Assembly: GCA_965232835.1 (NCBI GenBank)
Contig: OZ247426.1
Location: 725,339 to 789,338, forward strand
Direction: 5' to 3'
Length of the DNA stretch: 64,000 bases
From: Dehalococcoidia bacterium
Lineage (GTDB): Bacteria > Chloroflexota > Dehalococcoidia > Lucifugimonadales > UBA3495
The notes beneath the pieces were generated by a model. The model was not told the DNA's origin. It ran no database searches and saw nothing but the letters and a program-made list of their open reading frames with translations. The translations under genes and the position numbers were made by a program. Below are positions 27,038-36,744 of the stretch, piece after piece (within the stretch, counting starts at the first letter, position 1; the number at the start of each line of letters is the position of its first letter).

Positions 27038-27826
27038 TCAGGACTTCAGGTAGCGGGAGAGCCATTCGAGGCAGCGCCCCCAGGCCATGTGCGCGGCCTC
27101 GGGGCGGTAGCTCTCGCGGGTGTCGGACATGAATGCGTGCCCGGCGCGGGGATAGCTGACGAACTTGAAGGTCCTGCCGGACTGTTCCAATACCCCGCGC
27201 AGTCGGGCCACGTCGCCGGGCGACGGGTTGGTGTCGTCATCACCGAACAGGGCCAGCATGGGGCAGCTGATACTGGCGGCCAGCTCGCCGGGCGGCTTCG
27301 GGTTGACCTCCGTGGGCTGGAACAGGCCGTTGGGGTAGAAGCTGACGCAGACGTCGACACTACCTGCTCCAAGGTCCGGGCTGCTGGCGAAGACCAGGCC
27401 CAGCCGCCCGCCGGAGCAGAAGCCGACAACGCCGATGCGGTCGCCAACGTGAGGGCTCGCCCGCAGGAAGTCGAGGCCGCCCTGCAGGTCGCCGACGGTC
27501 TGGGCGTTGGGCCTTGAGTTCAGGGCGTCGCGGGCCATGTTCATGTCCGAGTGCTCGATCACGGTCAGAAACCCGTCGCGGCTGTAGAGGGCAGGCACGA
27601 TGGCGGCGTATCCCAGGGCGGCGTAGCGGCGCGCCATGTCCTTCAAGTGCTCCTCGTAGCCGTGGATGCCGTGGACGAGCAGCAGCCCCGGATGCGGGCC
27701 ACCCTCCGACGGCCGGGCCACGTAGGCGGGCACCTGATCGTCGTTGTAGCCGCTGATGGTGGCGTCGTAGGCCATTATGTCAGCCGGGTGATATACCAGA
27801 CCGGGTGGCAGCGTTCGGGAGACCAC
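27038..27826 (-). CDS. dienelactone hydrolase family protein
   Basis: GLLLVHGIHG, nucleophile elbow VVGFCSGG, C-terminal YPRAGHAF. Confidence 0.85.
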   Translation of the reverse strand: MVSRTLPPGLVYHPADIMAYDATISGYNDDQVPAYVARPSEGGPHPGLLLVHGIHGYEEHLKDMARRYAALGYAAIVPALYSRDGFLTVIEHSDMNMARDALNSRPNAQTVGDLQGGLDFLRASPHVGDRIGVVGFCSGGRLGLVFASSPDLGAGSVDVCVSFYPNGLFQPTEVNPKPPGELAASISCPMLALFGDDDTNPSPGDVARLRGVLEQSGRTFKFVSYPRAGHAFMSDTRESYRPEAAHMAWGRCLEWLSRYLKS

Positions 27827-27969
27827 GGTCGATGCGTCCTCATGCCATCACGGACCCTCGGGCGGTCCGGGTGGGATGGGGGCATTCTAGGGAGCAGATG
27901 ACGGGGTTGCAACCGGCGCGAGTGACTCTTGGAGGTTGAATGTGCCCGATGCACAGGTAAAATGACAAC

Positions 27970-30198
27970 GTGCTTGAATTGCTGAAGACTCACTTCGGCT
28001 ACGATGCCTTTCTGCCCCTGCAAGAGGAGATCGTCGAGTCGGTGATGGCGGGGCGGGACACCTTCGCGCTGATGCCCACGGGCGGCGGCAAATCGCTGTG
28101 CTACCAGCTTCCCGCCATGGCCCTGCCGGGGCTGACTCTAGTGGTGTCGCCGCTGATCGCCCTGATGAAAGACCAGGTCGACGCACTGGAAGCCAATGGA
28201 ATACCGGCGGGATTCATCAACAGCACGCAGACCAGCGCTGAAGTCTCGTTGATGGTTCGAAGGATACGTTCAGGGGCGATCAAGCTCCTTTACGTTGCTC
28301 CGGAACGGGTGATTGAGCCGCGGTTTGCGGACTTCCTCTCGACCCTTGACGTCAGTCTCGTAGCCATTGACGAGGCCCACTGCGTTTCAGAGTGGGGGCA
28401 TGAATTCAGGCCTGCATACCGCGAGTTGCGGAACCTGCGGCGCTGCTGCCCCGAGGCCCCGGTCATAGCCCTGACTGCCACGGCCACCGGCCAGGTGCGC
28501 GCCGACATTCTTTCGCAACTTGGACTGCAGACTCCATCTGTCTTCGTATCCAGTTTCAACCGCCCCAATCTGTCCTACTCGATCGTTCCCAAGGAACGAG
28601 ACCTATCGGGCCTGCTGCACCTGCTGGAAAAGCACCGTGGAGAGTCGGCGATAGTCTACTGTGGGTCCAGACGAGACACTGAGGACATCGCGGCAACGCT
28701 CAGGGAGCAGGGATTCAAGGCGGAGCCGTACCACGCTGGTCTTGATGCCGACGCAAGACGGACCACCCAGGAGCGATTCATACGCGACCACACTCCCATA
28801 GTGACCGCCACCATCGCCTTCGGAATGGGAATTAACAAGCCTGACGTTCGTCTGGTAGTACATTATGACATTCCGAAGAGCATCGAAAGCTACTACCAGG
28901 AAACCGGCCGGGCCGGGCGAGATGGGCTGCCCAGCGAGTGCGTGCTGTTCTACTCCTATGCCGGGAAATCAAGGCAGGAATTCTTCATAAATCAGATAGA
29001 GGACGACGAGGAAAGAGAGAGGGCAAGGCAGCGGCTGAATCGGGTGATCGCCCTCTGCACGCTCAGTACCTGCCGCCGCAGGTACGTTCTGCAGTACCTC
29101 GGCGAGGAATGGGCTGAGGACAGCTGCGGCGGGTGCGACAACTGCACAGGTCCTCGGGAAGAGTATGACGCGACAGAGATTGCGCAAAAGGCGCTTTCCG
29201 CAGTCATTCGTACCGGTGAGCGTTTCGGAGCAGCGCACGTCATTGCTGTGCTGCGGGGGAGCAAGGGCGAGAGGGTGCTGGCACAGGGGCACGACCAGCT
29301 GTCCGTTTATGGCATTGCCGCCGACAAGTCCAGGGACGAACTCAGAGACCTGATTGAGGACTTGAAGCGAGAGGGACTGCTGACTGTCTCCGAGGGAGAA
29401 TTCCCGACGTTGCAGGTGTCGGACCGAGGCCGGGAGTTCCTGAGAAACCGCGAAAGGCTGTTGCTATCCAGGCCGGTTGAAGTCAAGACCGCTGAAGGAG
29501 CCGGAGGCGGGAGGAGCCGCTCCATCGATGGAGATTATGACGAGGGGCTCTACAACGAACTTTCGGCCCTGCGGAGGAAAATTTCGGACGATCGCGGGGT
29601 TCCTGCGTATGTGATCTTTGGCAACCGCGCTCTCCAGGACATGGCGCGCAAGGTCCCTCGAACGCCTGCAGAGTTTTCGCGAGTGTCCGGGGTTGGCCGG
29701 GCCAAACTGGAAGACCTGGGCGAGCCTTTCCTGAATTTGATCAACTCCTATGCCCGTGAGCGAGGCTGGCCGGAAGCGCAGACTTCGAGGAACCGGAGCG
29801 CCGCCGTTGAACCGACGCCTCGGGTTGTCAACCAGTCGTATCGTGAGACTGGCCGCTTGATCTCTGAGGGAGCATCGCTCTCGGACACGGCTGCGGCACG
29901 CGGACTGAAGCCAACGACTGTCATGGGGCATCTTGAGCGTCTGGTGGAGGAGGGTGTACCTGTTAGCCTGGCCCACGTCCTGCCAGCCCCGGACCGTCGG
30001 GTCGAGATAGAGGCAGCGCTGGGTGCGCTGGGTGACAGCCCCCTCCGTCCCGTATGGGAGGAGCTTGAAGGCCGGTACAGCTACGACGAAATCCGGCTGG
30101 TGCGGTTGGCAAGAAGAAACGCATCGCTGGCGACGGCTATGGAGGCACTTGATGCCCGGGAACGGGACTCCCGGTCGATGATGGGGCACCGGGCATAA
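27970..30198 (+). CDS. recQ: ATP-dependent DNA helicase RecQ (with HRDC and C-terminal HTH extension)
   Basis: MPTGGGKSLCYQLP (Walker A), VAIDEAHCVSEWGHEFRP (DEAH), TIAFGMGINKPDVR, Zn-binding Cys cluster CRRRYVLQYLGE..CGGCDNC, HRDC region LRRKISDDRGVPAYVIF. Confidence 0.92.
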   Translation: MLELLKTHFGYDAFLPLQEEIVESVMAGRDTFALMPTGGGKSLCYQLPAMALPGLTLVVSPLIALMKDQVDALEANGIPAGFINSTQTSAEVSLMVRRIRSGAIKLLYVAPERVIEPRFADFLSTLDVSLVAIDEAHCVSEWGHEFRPAYRELRNLRRCCPEAPVIALTATATGQVRADILSQLGLQTPSVFVSSFNRPNLSYSIVPKERDLSGLLHLLEKHRGESAIVYCGSRRDTEDIAATLREQGFKAEPYHAGLDADARRTTQERFIRDHTPIVTATIAFGMGINKPDVRLVVHYDIPKSIESYYQETGRAGRDGLPSECVLFYSYAGKSRQEFFINQIEDDEERERARQRLNRVIALCTLSTCRRRYVLQYLGEEWAEDSCGGCDNCTGPREEYDATEIAQKALSAVIRTGERFGAAHVIAVLRGSKGERVLAQGHDQLSVYGIAADKSRDELRDLIEDLKREGLLTVSEGEFPTLQVSDRGREFLRNRERLLLSRPVEVKTAEGAGGGRSRSIDGDYDEGLYNELSALRRKISDDRGVPAYVIFGNRALQDMARKVPRTPAEFSRVSGVGRAKLEDLGEPFLNLINSYARERGWPEAQTSRNRSAAVEPTPRVVNQSYRETGRLISEGASLSDTAAARGLKPTTVMGHLERLVEEGVPVSLAHVLPAPDRRVEIEAALGALGDSPLRPVWEELEGRYSYDEIRLVRLARRNASLATAMEALDARERDSRSMMGHRA

Positions 30199-30215
30199 AC
30201 GAATGGGGAACAAAA

Positions 30216-30240
30216 GGGCGCCCACAAGGGGCGCCCCTAC
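30216..30240. repeat. GGGCGCCC-type hairpin repeat (family 2), probable terminator between convergent recQ and acyl-CoA dehydrogenase
   Basis: gggcgcccacaaggggcgcccctac. GGGCGCCC is self-complementary. Confidence 0.55.
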
Positions 30241-30269
30241 ATTTGCTAGTGCAGTCCGAAGGTGCACCC

Positions 30270-31403
30270 CTACAACCCCAGCGCCGCTGCCAGCTCGCGC
30301 TTGTGCTGCTTGGGGTCTCCGAGGAAGTGGTAGAGGGTGCGGGAGGCGGAGGTGTGCAGGGTGAGCCCGTACTCGGTCATGCTGCCCACGCCGGCGTGCA
30401 CCTCGTGGGCGTAGTTGCAGGCCTCGTAGTAGCCCTCGCTGGCGACGGCCTTGCACAATGAGATGCTGCTGGCGGCGTCGCGGCCCACGTCCAGCTTCCA
30501 TAGGGCCTCGTAGGTGGTCCAGCGGGCGGCGTCGAGGTGGTTGACCAGGGCGATGACCTGGTCCTGCACGCGCTGGAAGCGTCCGATGGGGGTGCCGAAC
30601 TGGATGCGGGTGCGGCTGTAGTCGACGGAGACCTCGTAGACGGCCTGGCAGCCACCAACCTGGTAGGCGCCGATGACCGGGATAGCCTTGGCGACGGCGC
30701 GCTGCCAGGCACCCCAACCGCCTGTGATGGCGTTGCCCAGGACGTTGGTAGAGTCAGCGGGAGTGTTGTCGAACCGCACCTCGGCCAGGTTCCAGGCGAA
30801 GCCGGGCAGGTTGCGGGGGCGAACGCCTTCGGCGCCAGCGGGAACGACCACCAGCCCGACATCTTCGGATTCCTCGGAGCGGACGGCGACCAGGTAGTGG
30901 CTGGCCGTCTCGCCGTCGAAAACAAAGGCCTTGGAGCCGTTGAGGCGCAGGCTGTCGCCGTCAACCCGTGCGGTGAGGCGCACGTCGCGCTCGTCCCAGC
31001 CGTAGTCGCGCTCGGTGATGGCGGGAACCAAGCGCATTTCGCCGCTGGCGATGCGGGGGAGCCAGTCGCGCTTCTGCTCCTCGGTGCCGCCTTCCAGGAT
31101 CGTAAGAGCGGACAACACCGCCGACGTCAGGTGCGGGCCTGGCACTGGGCCGCGTCCCAGTTCCTCGAACAACACGCCGGCGTCGGTGAACGAGCCGCCC
31201 TCGCCGCCGTACTGTTCCGGGATGAGGATGCCCAGCCAACCAGTGGAGGCTAGTCGACCCCACGGCTCGAGGGGCGTTGTTTCGTCAGGAGAGGCGATCT
31301 GCAGCAGCGTCTCCTTCGGGTACTCCTGGGCCACGAGGCGGCTGGCGGCCGCCTTTAGCATTTCCTGTTCCGGTGTAAGGGAGAGATCCATACGTCTCCT
31401 CAA
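30270..31403 (-). CDS. acyl-CoA dehydrogenase family protein
   Basis: 377 aa. ACAD three-domain layout, C-terminal HEVHAGVGSMTEYGL. Confidence 0.88.
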   Translation of the reverse strand: MRRRMDLSLTPEQEMLKAAASRLVAQEYPKETLLQIASPDETTPLEPWGRLASTGWLGILIPEQYGGEGGSFTDAGVLFEELGRGPVPGPHLTSAVLSALTILEGGTEEQKRDWLPRIASGEMRLVPAITERDYGWDERDVRLTARVDGDSLRLNGSKAFVFDGETASHYLVAVRSEESEDVGLVVVPAGAEGVRPRNLPGFAWNLAEVRFDNTPADSTNVLGNAITGGWGAWQRAVAKAIPVIGAYQVGGCQAVYEVSVDYSRTRIQFGTPIGRFQRVQDQVIALVNHLDAARWTTYEALWKLDVGRDAASSISLCKAVASEGYYEACNYAHEVHAGVGSMTEYGLTLHTSASRTLYHFLGDPKQHKRELAAALGL

Positions 31404-31498
31404 CTAAGCGAAGAAAATTAAACCCGGAGACCACAGAGGGCACGGAGATAATGTTATATCTCCTATGCTCTGTGCTCTCCGTGTGCTCTGTGTTTGAT

Positions 31499-32731
31499 TT
31501 AGCCGAGGGCGCCGGCGCGCTCGCGAACCTCGCGGCCGATGCCGATGCGCCGGGCCATGATCACCTTCTGGATGTCGGTGGTGCCGCCGGGGTGGATGGC
31601 GACGATGCCGGCGCGGCTGTGGGCCTCCATGTGGCCGTCGGCAGCGCCGAGCTCCTTGTCGTGGGTCAGGCCGGCGGGGCCGAGGATGTCGAGCATGGCC
31701 CCAGCCATCCGTAGGCCGGAGGTCTTGCGCACGTAAGAGGCCTGGGGGCCCTCGTAGGTGATGTGGGCGCCGCTGTGGCGCATCCAGTAGTTGCGCAGGT
31801 TGAGCAGGCGCACGATCTCGGCCTCGACATAGACGTCGATTAGCCGGTCGCGGACATCGGGGTCATTGGTCATGGGCTCGCCGCGGCGCTCGGTGGTGCG
31901 GCAGTGCTCGAAGAGACGGTCCACCAGCCAGTTGCGGCCAATGCGCCCGCCGGTGCCGTGCTCCAGCTCCAGGTGGGTGGTGGCGACCTTCCAGCCCTGG
32001 TTCTCGCCGCCGATCAGGTTGAAGGCAGGGACGCGGACGTTGTCGAAGTAGACCGTCTGCTTCACGCCGGAGCCCGCGCCGGACTCGCCGCCGGAGATCA
32101 GCAGGTCCATGGGCTGAATGGTGATGCCGGGCAGATGGGTGGGCACCATGAACCAGCCGAGGTTCTCGTGGCGCTTGGCCTCGGGGTCGGTGACGGTGAT
32201 GGTCCACATGTAATCGCAGCCGTGGTCGCTGCCGACGAAAATTTTCTGGCCGTTGAGGACGTACTCGTCACCGTCGCGGATGGCCTGGGTCTTCACGTTG
32301 GCCAGGTCGGAGCCGGCCTCGGGCTCGGAGAGGAGCTGCCAGGTCCGGACGCGTCCGGTGAAGATGGGAGGCAAGAAGGACTGCTTCTGCTCCTCGGTGC
32401 CCCAGACCAGGATGGAGTTGCCGCCGAGGCGGCCGCCGGAGTCGTAGTAGGGCGGGAGGGTCAGGCCGAAGGAGTCGATCTCCTCCTCAATGACCACGGC
32501 GCTGTCGACGTCGAGGCCGCCGCCGCCGTATTCGGCCGGCGCGGTGGGCCAGAGCCAGCCTTTGTCGCCCAGCTTGCGGCCCAGTTCACGACGGAGCTGG
32601 TACTGGTCCCAGGTCAGGTCGGCCGGGTCCGCCGGGTGCTCCATGCCGCCGGGCACGTGCTCCTTCAGCCAGGCGCTGACCTCGCGGCGGAACTCTTCCT
32701 GTTCAGGGGTATAAGTAGGTTCAAAGTCCAT
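31499..32731 (-). CDS. acyl-CoA dehydrogenase family protein
   Basis: 410 aa. LSEPEAGSDLA motif, C-terminal IHPGGTTDIQKVIMARRI. Confidence 0.88.
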   Translation of the reverse strand: MDFEPTYTPEQEEFRREVSAWLKEHVPGGMEHPADPADLTWDQYQLRRELGRKLGDKGWLWPTAPAEYGGGGLDVDSAVVIEEEIDSFGLTLPPYYDSGGRLGGNSILVWGTEEQKQSFLPPIFTGRVRTWQLLSEPEAGSDLANVKTQAIRDGDEYVLNGQKIFVGSDHGCDYMWTITVTDPEAKRHENLGWFMVPTHLPGITIQPMDLLISGGESGAGSGVKQTVYFDNVRVPAFNLIGGENQGWKVATTHLELEHGTGGRIGRNWLVDRLFEHCRTTERRGEPMTNDPDVRDRLIDVYVEAEIVRLLNLRNYWMRHSGAHITYEGPQASYVRKTSGLRMAGAMLDILGPAGLTHDKELGAADGHMEAHSRAGIVAIHPGGTTDIQKVIMARRIGIGREVRERAGALG

Positions 32732-32745
32732 TGGGACCTCCGGGT

Positions 32746-32991
32746 CTAATCGGTATAGAATTCTCTTCGAAGTAATCGTTCCGGGACGTACTTGATTGCT
32801 AGTCGATAGATTGCGCGCAGGGTGCCGAGATCTATTTGCCGGTGCCTCGGCACCATCACGTTCTGTTCCTCTCCAGTCTCTGAATATCTCCTGAGTTTGA
32901 CGTGGCTGCCTTCTTGAGTAGTAATTGCAAAACCGTAACGAAGAAAGATGGAAACCACCTCACGATATGACATTCGCCTCAGTCTAGGCAC
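32746..32991 (-). CDS. hicA: HicA-family mRNA interferase toxin
   Basis: 81 aa. YREVVSIFLRYGFAITTQEGSHVKLRR...VPRHRQIDLGTLRAI matches the HicA pattern (GxxxxxxxGSH..., PxH...GTL). AT-richer than its surroundings. Confidence 0.8.
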   Translation of the reverse strand: MPRLRRMSYREVVSIFLRYGFAITTQEGSHVKLRRYSETGEEQNVMVPRHRQIDLGTLRAIYRLAIKYVPERLLRREFYTD

Positions 32992-33214
32992 TGGCGGTTT
33001 CCAATTCCATAGTCAGGAGGATGCGCGGATGACGCACTACTCCGATGTATTCAAGATCTTCATCGTCAAGGTATAGGCACACTGCTTCCTTCACATTGGC
33101 TATTGTTTCGTCCAACGTGCGTCCCTGGGTTACAATCGCAAGCTCCAGACACGAGGCCACAAAACAGCCCTCGCTTTCCCTGATGTGAACTCTAATGCTT
33201 TCGTCCAACTTCAT
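32984..33214 (-). CDS. hicB: HicB-like (UPF0150) antitoxin, short form
   Basis: IRVHIRESEGCFVASCLELAIVTQGRTLDETIANVKEAVCLYLDD. ATG at 33214 after AGAGG. 8-nt overlap with hicA. Confidence 0.7.
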   Translation of the reverse strand: MKLDESIRVHIRESEGCFVASCLELAIVTQGRTLDETIANVKEAVCLYLDDEDLEYIGVVRHPRILLTMELETASA

Positions 33215-33240
33215 TTCGACCTCTTGGCTTCGATTGGCCT

Positions 33241-34794
33241 TCACTGCGAACGCAGGGCGCGGCCTGGGAGGGCGCCGGTGTGGGTTCCATTATCCACCAC
33301 CAGCGTGCCGTTGACCAAGACGTGAGAGATACCGTCGGGATACTGCTTCGGCTCCTCGAAGGTGGCGTTGGCCCGTACGGTGTCGGGGTCGAAGACCACG
33401 ACGTCGGCCTTCATGCTGTCGCGGAGGACGCCGCGGTCCTGCAGGCCCAGGCGTTGGGCGGGAGCGGATGTCATCTTGCGTACGGCATCCTCCAACCGGA
33501 ACAGGCCCTCGTCGCGAGAGAACTGGCCCAGCACGTAAGGGAATGTACCGTAGGTGCGGGGATTGGGCATGTCTCCCGTCATGATTCCATCGGAGCCGAC
33601 CATCTGCGCCGGGTGGCGGACTATGGTGCGGATGTTGTCGGCGTTCCCGGTGCGGGCCACGAAGGCGACCTCCAGGTTTTCCTCGATGAGAAAGTCGCAG
33701 ATGGCGTCGACCATACGTTTGCCCTGGTGGCGGGCCAGGTCGCCGAGAGAACGGCCCTCCCACTCCTTGTTATTGGGCACATTGCTGAATATGTAGTGGT
33801 CAAGCGTCAGGCCCCACATTGGCTCCACGGCGTCTCCGATCTCGTCACGAATGGCGGGCTGCCGGATGCGGTCCATCAGCGCGCCGGGGCCGCCGGCATG
33901 CACCCAGTAGGGAAGCAGCGAATGCAGGACGGTGGACGCGGCGGCGTAGGGATACTGGTCGAAAGTGACGTCAACGCCCGTGTCGCGGCCCTCATCGACA
34001 AGGCCGACCATCTGCTCGCCCATGCCGTCGACCGGGTTGTGGTAATGGGAGATGTGGATCGGGACTCCAGCGCGGCGGCCGATCTCGATGGCCTCTCGGA
34101 AGGGATCCAGCAGCCGATCACCAAGGGAGTATCGGGCGTGGGTCATGTACATTCCGCCGAGGTCGGCGATGGCCTCACTGACGGCGACCAGCTCGTTTGT
34201 GTCGCTGTAGGCGCCAGGCGGGTAGGTCAGTCCAGTGGCGAAGCCGAAGGCACCGTCCAGCATTGCCTCGCGGACCAGCCGGCGCATGTGGGCCAGCTCC
34301 GGCTCGGTGGGAAGGCGGTCCTCCCAGCCCATGGCCTCGACGCGAATGGCGGCGTGGGGGGCCATGAACGCAACGTTACAGGCGACGCGATTGTCGAATA
34401 GGTCCAGGTACTCGCTTACGGAGCCCCAGCGAACGTCCTTGGGAGGCATTCCGTTCACCGCGGCGAGGTAGTACAGCAACTGCTCCAGCTTTTCGGGTGA
34501 AGAGGGTGCGTAGGAGAGCCCGTCCATCCCCATCAGCTCGGTGGTCACTCCCTGCCGCAGCTTGATCTCGTGTTGCGGGTTGGAGAGCAGGACGAGGTCG
34601 GAGTGGGAGTGCATGTCGATGAAGCCGGGGCAGATCACGCTGCCGCCAACGTCGATGATACTGCCGGCTTTCACGTCGGCCTCGCCAGAGCGGACGATGG
34701 TAACGGAGTCGCCGGAAATGCCAACGCCCCCGCGAAACCATGTCTGCCCTGTCCCGTCGATGATTCGCCCATTGCGCAGGAAAATATCGAACAT
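33241..34794 (-). CDS. N-acyl-D-amino-acid deacylase (D-aminoacylase) family amidohydrolase
   Basis: VICPGFIDMHSHSD, HISHYH, C-terminal ADVVVFDPDTV...G.HTG. ATG at 34794 after GGGAGG. Confidence 0.85.
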   Translation of the reverse strand: MFDIFLRNGRIIDGTGQTWFRGGVGISGDSVTIVRSGEADVKAGSIIDVGGSVICPGFIDMHSHSDLVLLSNPQHEIKLRQGVTTELMGMDGLSYAPSSPEKLEQLLYYLAAVNGMPPKDVRWGSVSEYLDLFDNRVACNVAFMAPHAAIRVEAMGWEDRLPTEPELAHMRRLVREAMLDGAFGFATGLTYPPGAYSDTNELVAVSEAIADLGGMYMTHARYSLGDRLLDPFREAIEIGRRAGVPIHISHYHNPVDGMGEQMVGLVDEGRDTGVDVTFDQYPYAAASTVLHSLLPYWVHAGGPGALMDRIRQPAIRDEIGDAVEPMWGLTLDHYIFSNVPNNKEWEGRSLGDLARHQGKRMVDAICDFLIEENLEVAFVARTGNADNIRTIVRHPAQMVGSDGIMTGDMPNPRTYGTFPYVLGQFSRDEGLFRLEDAVRKMTSAPAQRLGLQDRGVLRDSMKADVVVFDPDTVRANATFEEPKQYPDGISHVLVNGTLVVDNGTHTGALPGRALRSQ

Positions 34795-35112
34795 GGTGGC
34801 CTCCCTTTGGCGACGCTGCAAAATGTGGCCAATAGACTACCACACGACGGTTGCAGGATGGGCGAGGGACCAGCCGTAACGTCCTGGCTGGAGAGACCCC
34901 TGACGATTCTACTGGTTAGATTTAGCCCACACTTTTGGACTCCCCCTAATGGAACAAAACGTGCTCGTGATCGTGTATTGCTGGTAATATACGCAGCACG
35001 CTACACGGTGCCCAAAGGGAAGACTCGCAGGCAAGCCTCCAGTTAGCGGCAGGCAGTATCAGTGCCATGAAACTGCACCCTGAACCCGATCCGAAGGAGA
35101 CGATTACCGAGA

Positions 35113-35898
35113 ATGCTGGACCGCTTCCGAGACTTTGTGAAACGCTTGGAACTGCCCCAGGAGGATGACGTCGTTTACCGGATCATTGACGATGATGGCA
35201 ACGCTGTCGAGGTTTCGCGATCCCAGTTTACCCGCTGGCGCCTCCAGCACGATGTGGCTGAGAGGGCAATAGTGGCCGAGGACTCAATTGAAGACGTAAG
35301 GGTCAGGACCACGTTTTCGATTATGCCCGAAGACAGGACTTACAAGCCCTTCGGTACATCGGCGTTCAACATGAGCTCACTTGACCCGTTGCTGCAATAT
35401 TCACGACGATACGATACGCGCGAGGAAGCGGAACGAGGGCACCGGCAGATTCTCGAAATTATCAGGCGGGACTCGGCAAGAGCCCGCGCTGTAGAGGAGA
35501 GAGCAGAGGCTCTGGCCGGAGTGGCCGGAGAGGTGAGGCTCGCCTTATCAGCCGATCTGCCAGCGCTCTTCCAGGTGGACGAGCGCTCCGAAAGCGAAGT
35601 CTCCGTCATGACACCTCTGTCCCGTGCTGACGGTTCCACGATCACACTGACGGTTGTGGCTACCGGGGCAGGGTTCGACCTGAACGCCCCCATTGAGCTA
35701 ACCCCGAATAGCTCCATCTTGACTCTTGGCAGATTGAGGTCTGAGCAGATTAACCGGGTGTGCGAGACACTGGGAGTGTCATTGGAAGAGGGTCACCTGA
35801 CCTGCAGAGTAGAAGACGTAAGCAAAATTGGGCGAGCCATGATGAGGCTTGCGGAGGCGGTCGTCTGCACAACGTACATCGCCACCGAGAGGCGATAA
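35113..35898 (+). CDS. hypothetical protein (two-part; no confident family)
   Basis: 261-aa ORF in a locally AT-richer stretch. The N-terminal half ends in RRYDTREEAERGHRQI. The central region is an Ala/Glu/Arg-rich helix. Confidence 0.5.
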   Translation: MLDRFRDFVKRLELPQEDDVVYRIIDDDGNAVEVSRSQFTRWRLQHDVAERAIVAEDSIEDVRVRTTFSIMPEDRTYKPFGTSAFNMSSLDPLLQYSRRYDTREEAERGHRQILEIIRRDSARARAVEERAEALAGVAGEVRLALSADLPALFQVDERSESEVSVMTPLSRADGSTITLTVVATGAGFDLNAPIELTPNSSILTLGRLRSEQINRVCETLGVSLEEGHLTCRVEDVSKIGRAMMRLAEAVVCTTYIATERR

Positions 35899-36260
35899 TC
35901 TCCACCTTTCCAGTGTTTTACGCCTGATTCCCTGTTCTGTAGCAGGTACGAGAGAGTGTAGCGATGTTGATCGATCTGGCTACCGTGAGACCGCGATGGG
36001 CGACTCCTCCGGAAGGGAATGGCGTCGTGGTGAATTCTTCCCTGAATCTCCAGTTAATGCTTTGATACCTTGCCAGTAACGGAGTCGACCACCATCCCCA
36101 ACGGGAATCAGTCACTTGTCGGTTTCCTCGTGGAGTCATCCGGGGAGGCCTCAATGACGCCGTCCGCATGCAGTGAGTTGCGCGGGAAAGCGGCTTCTTG
36201 CCAGTCATCTACCTGCCCTATATCATTGCGGCGCCCAAACCTGTTCCCGGAGTTGCGCTG

Positions 36261-36668
36261 ATGCCCACAGTATCCATCGACCACATTGCCATGCCCACAG
36301 CCAATGCCGAGCGACTTATCGAGTTCTACAAGCGGCTCGGATTCACCATCAATGATGAGGAGGAATGGCGGGCGGGAACGGCCAATATCTTCTCCATACA
36401 GGTTGGTGATTCCAAGATAAATGTGCATCCCGAGGGATATGTCGCGGGGTTGCGCGGGCCATCGGCGATGCCCGGCTCTGCGGACATCTGCTTTGTCTGG
36501 GACGGCACGGTCGAGGAATGCCAGAAATGGCTTGCCGCGGCCGGCGTGGAGGTGATCCTCGGTCCCGCTCCACGCAAGGGAGGCAGAGACTTCGGCCGGG
36601 TGCCGTCGCTCAGCCTGTATGCCCGCGACCCGGACGACAATCTGCTGGAATGGATGACCTACCAGTAG
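36261..36668 (+). CDS. VOC/glyoxalase-bleomycin resistance family protein
   Basis: VSIDHIAMPTANAERLIEFYKRLGFTI...ICFVWDG...DPDDNLLE. Confidence 0.75.
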   Translation: MPTVSIDHIAMPTANAERLIEFYKRLGFTINDEEEWRAGTANIFSIQVGDSKINVHPEGYVAGLRGPSAMPGSADICFVWDGTVEECQKWLAAAGVEVILGPAPRKGGRDFGRVPSLSLYARDPDDNLLEWMTYQ

Positions 36669-36744
36669 GCAGCGACCTGGAATGGGACGCAATGCTGCGC
36701 CCGGCGCCAAACAAACCGAAGTCGAATATCAGGAAGGTGGCGCA

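Noticed and set aside
29464-30717. 417-aa Arg/Pro-rich ORF on the - strand
   Set aside because: It is antisense to the recQ 3' end and out of frame over the acyl-CoA dehydrogenase. It has an extreme Arg/Pro/Gly composition and is not coding.
33280-34401. 373-aa ORF on the + strand
   Set aside because: It is antisense to the D-aminoacylase gene, which has clear catalytic motifs. It is a shadow ORF.
36108-36710. 200-aa ORF on the - strand
   Set aside because: It is antisense to the VOC/glyoxalase gene and has no motifs.
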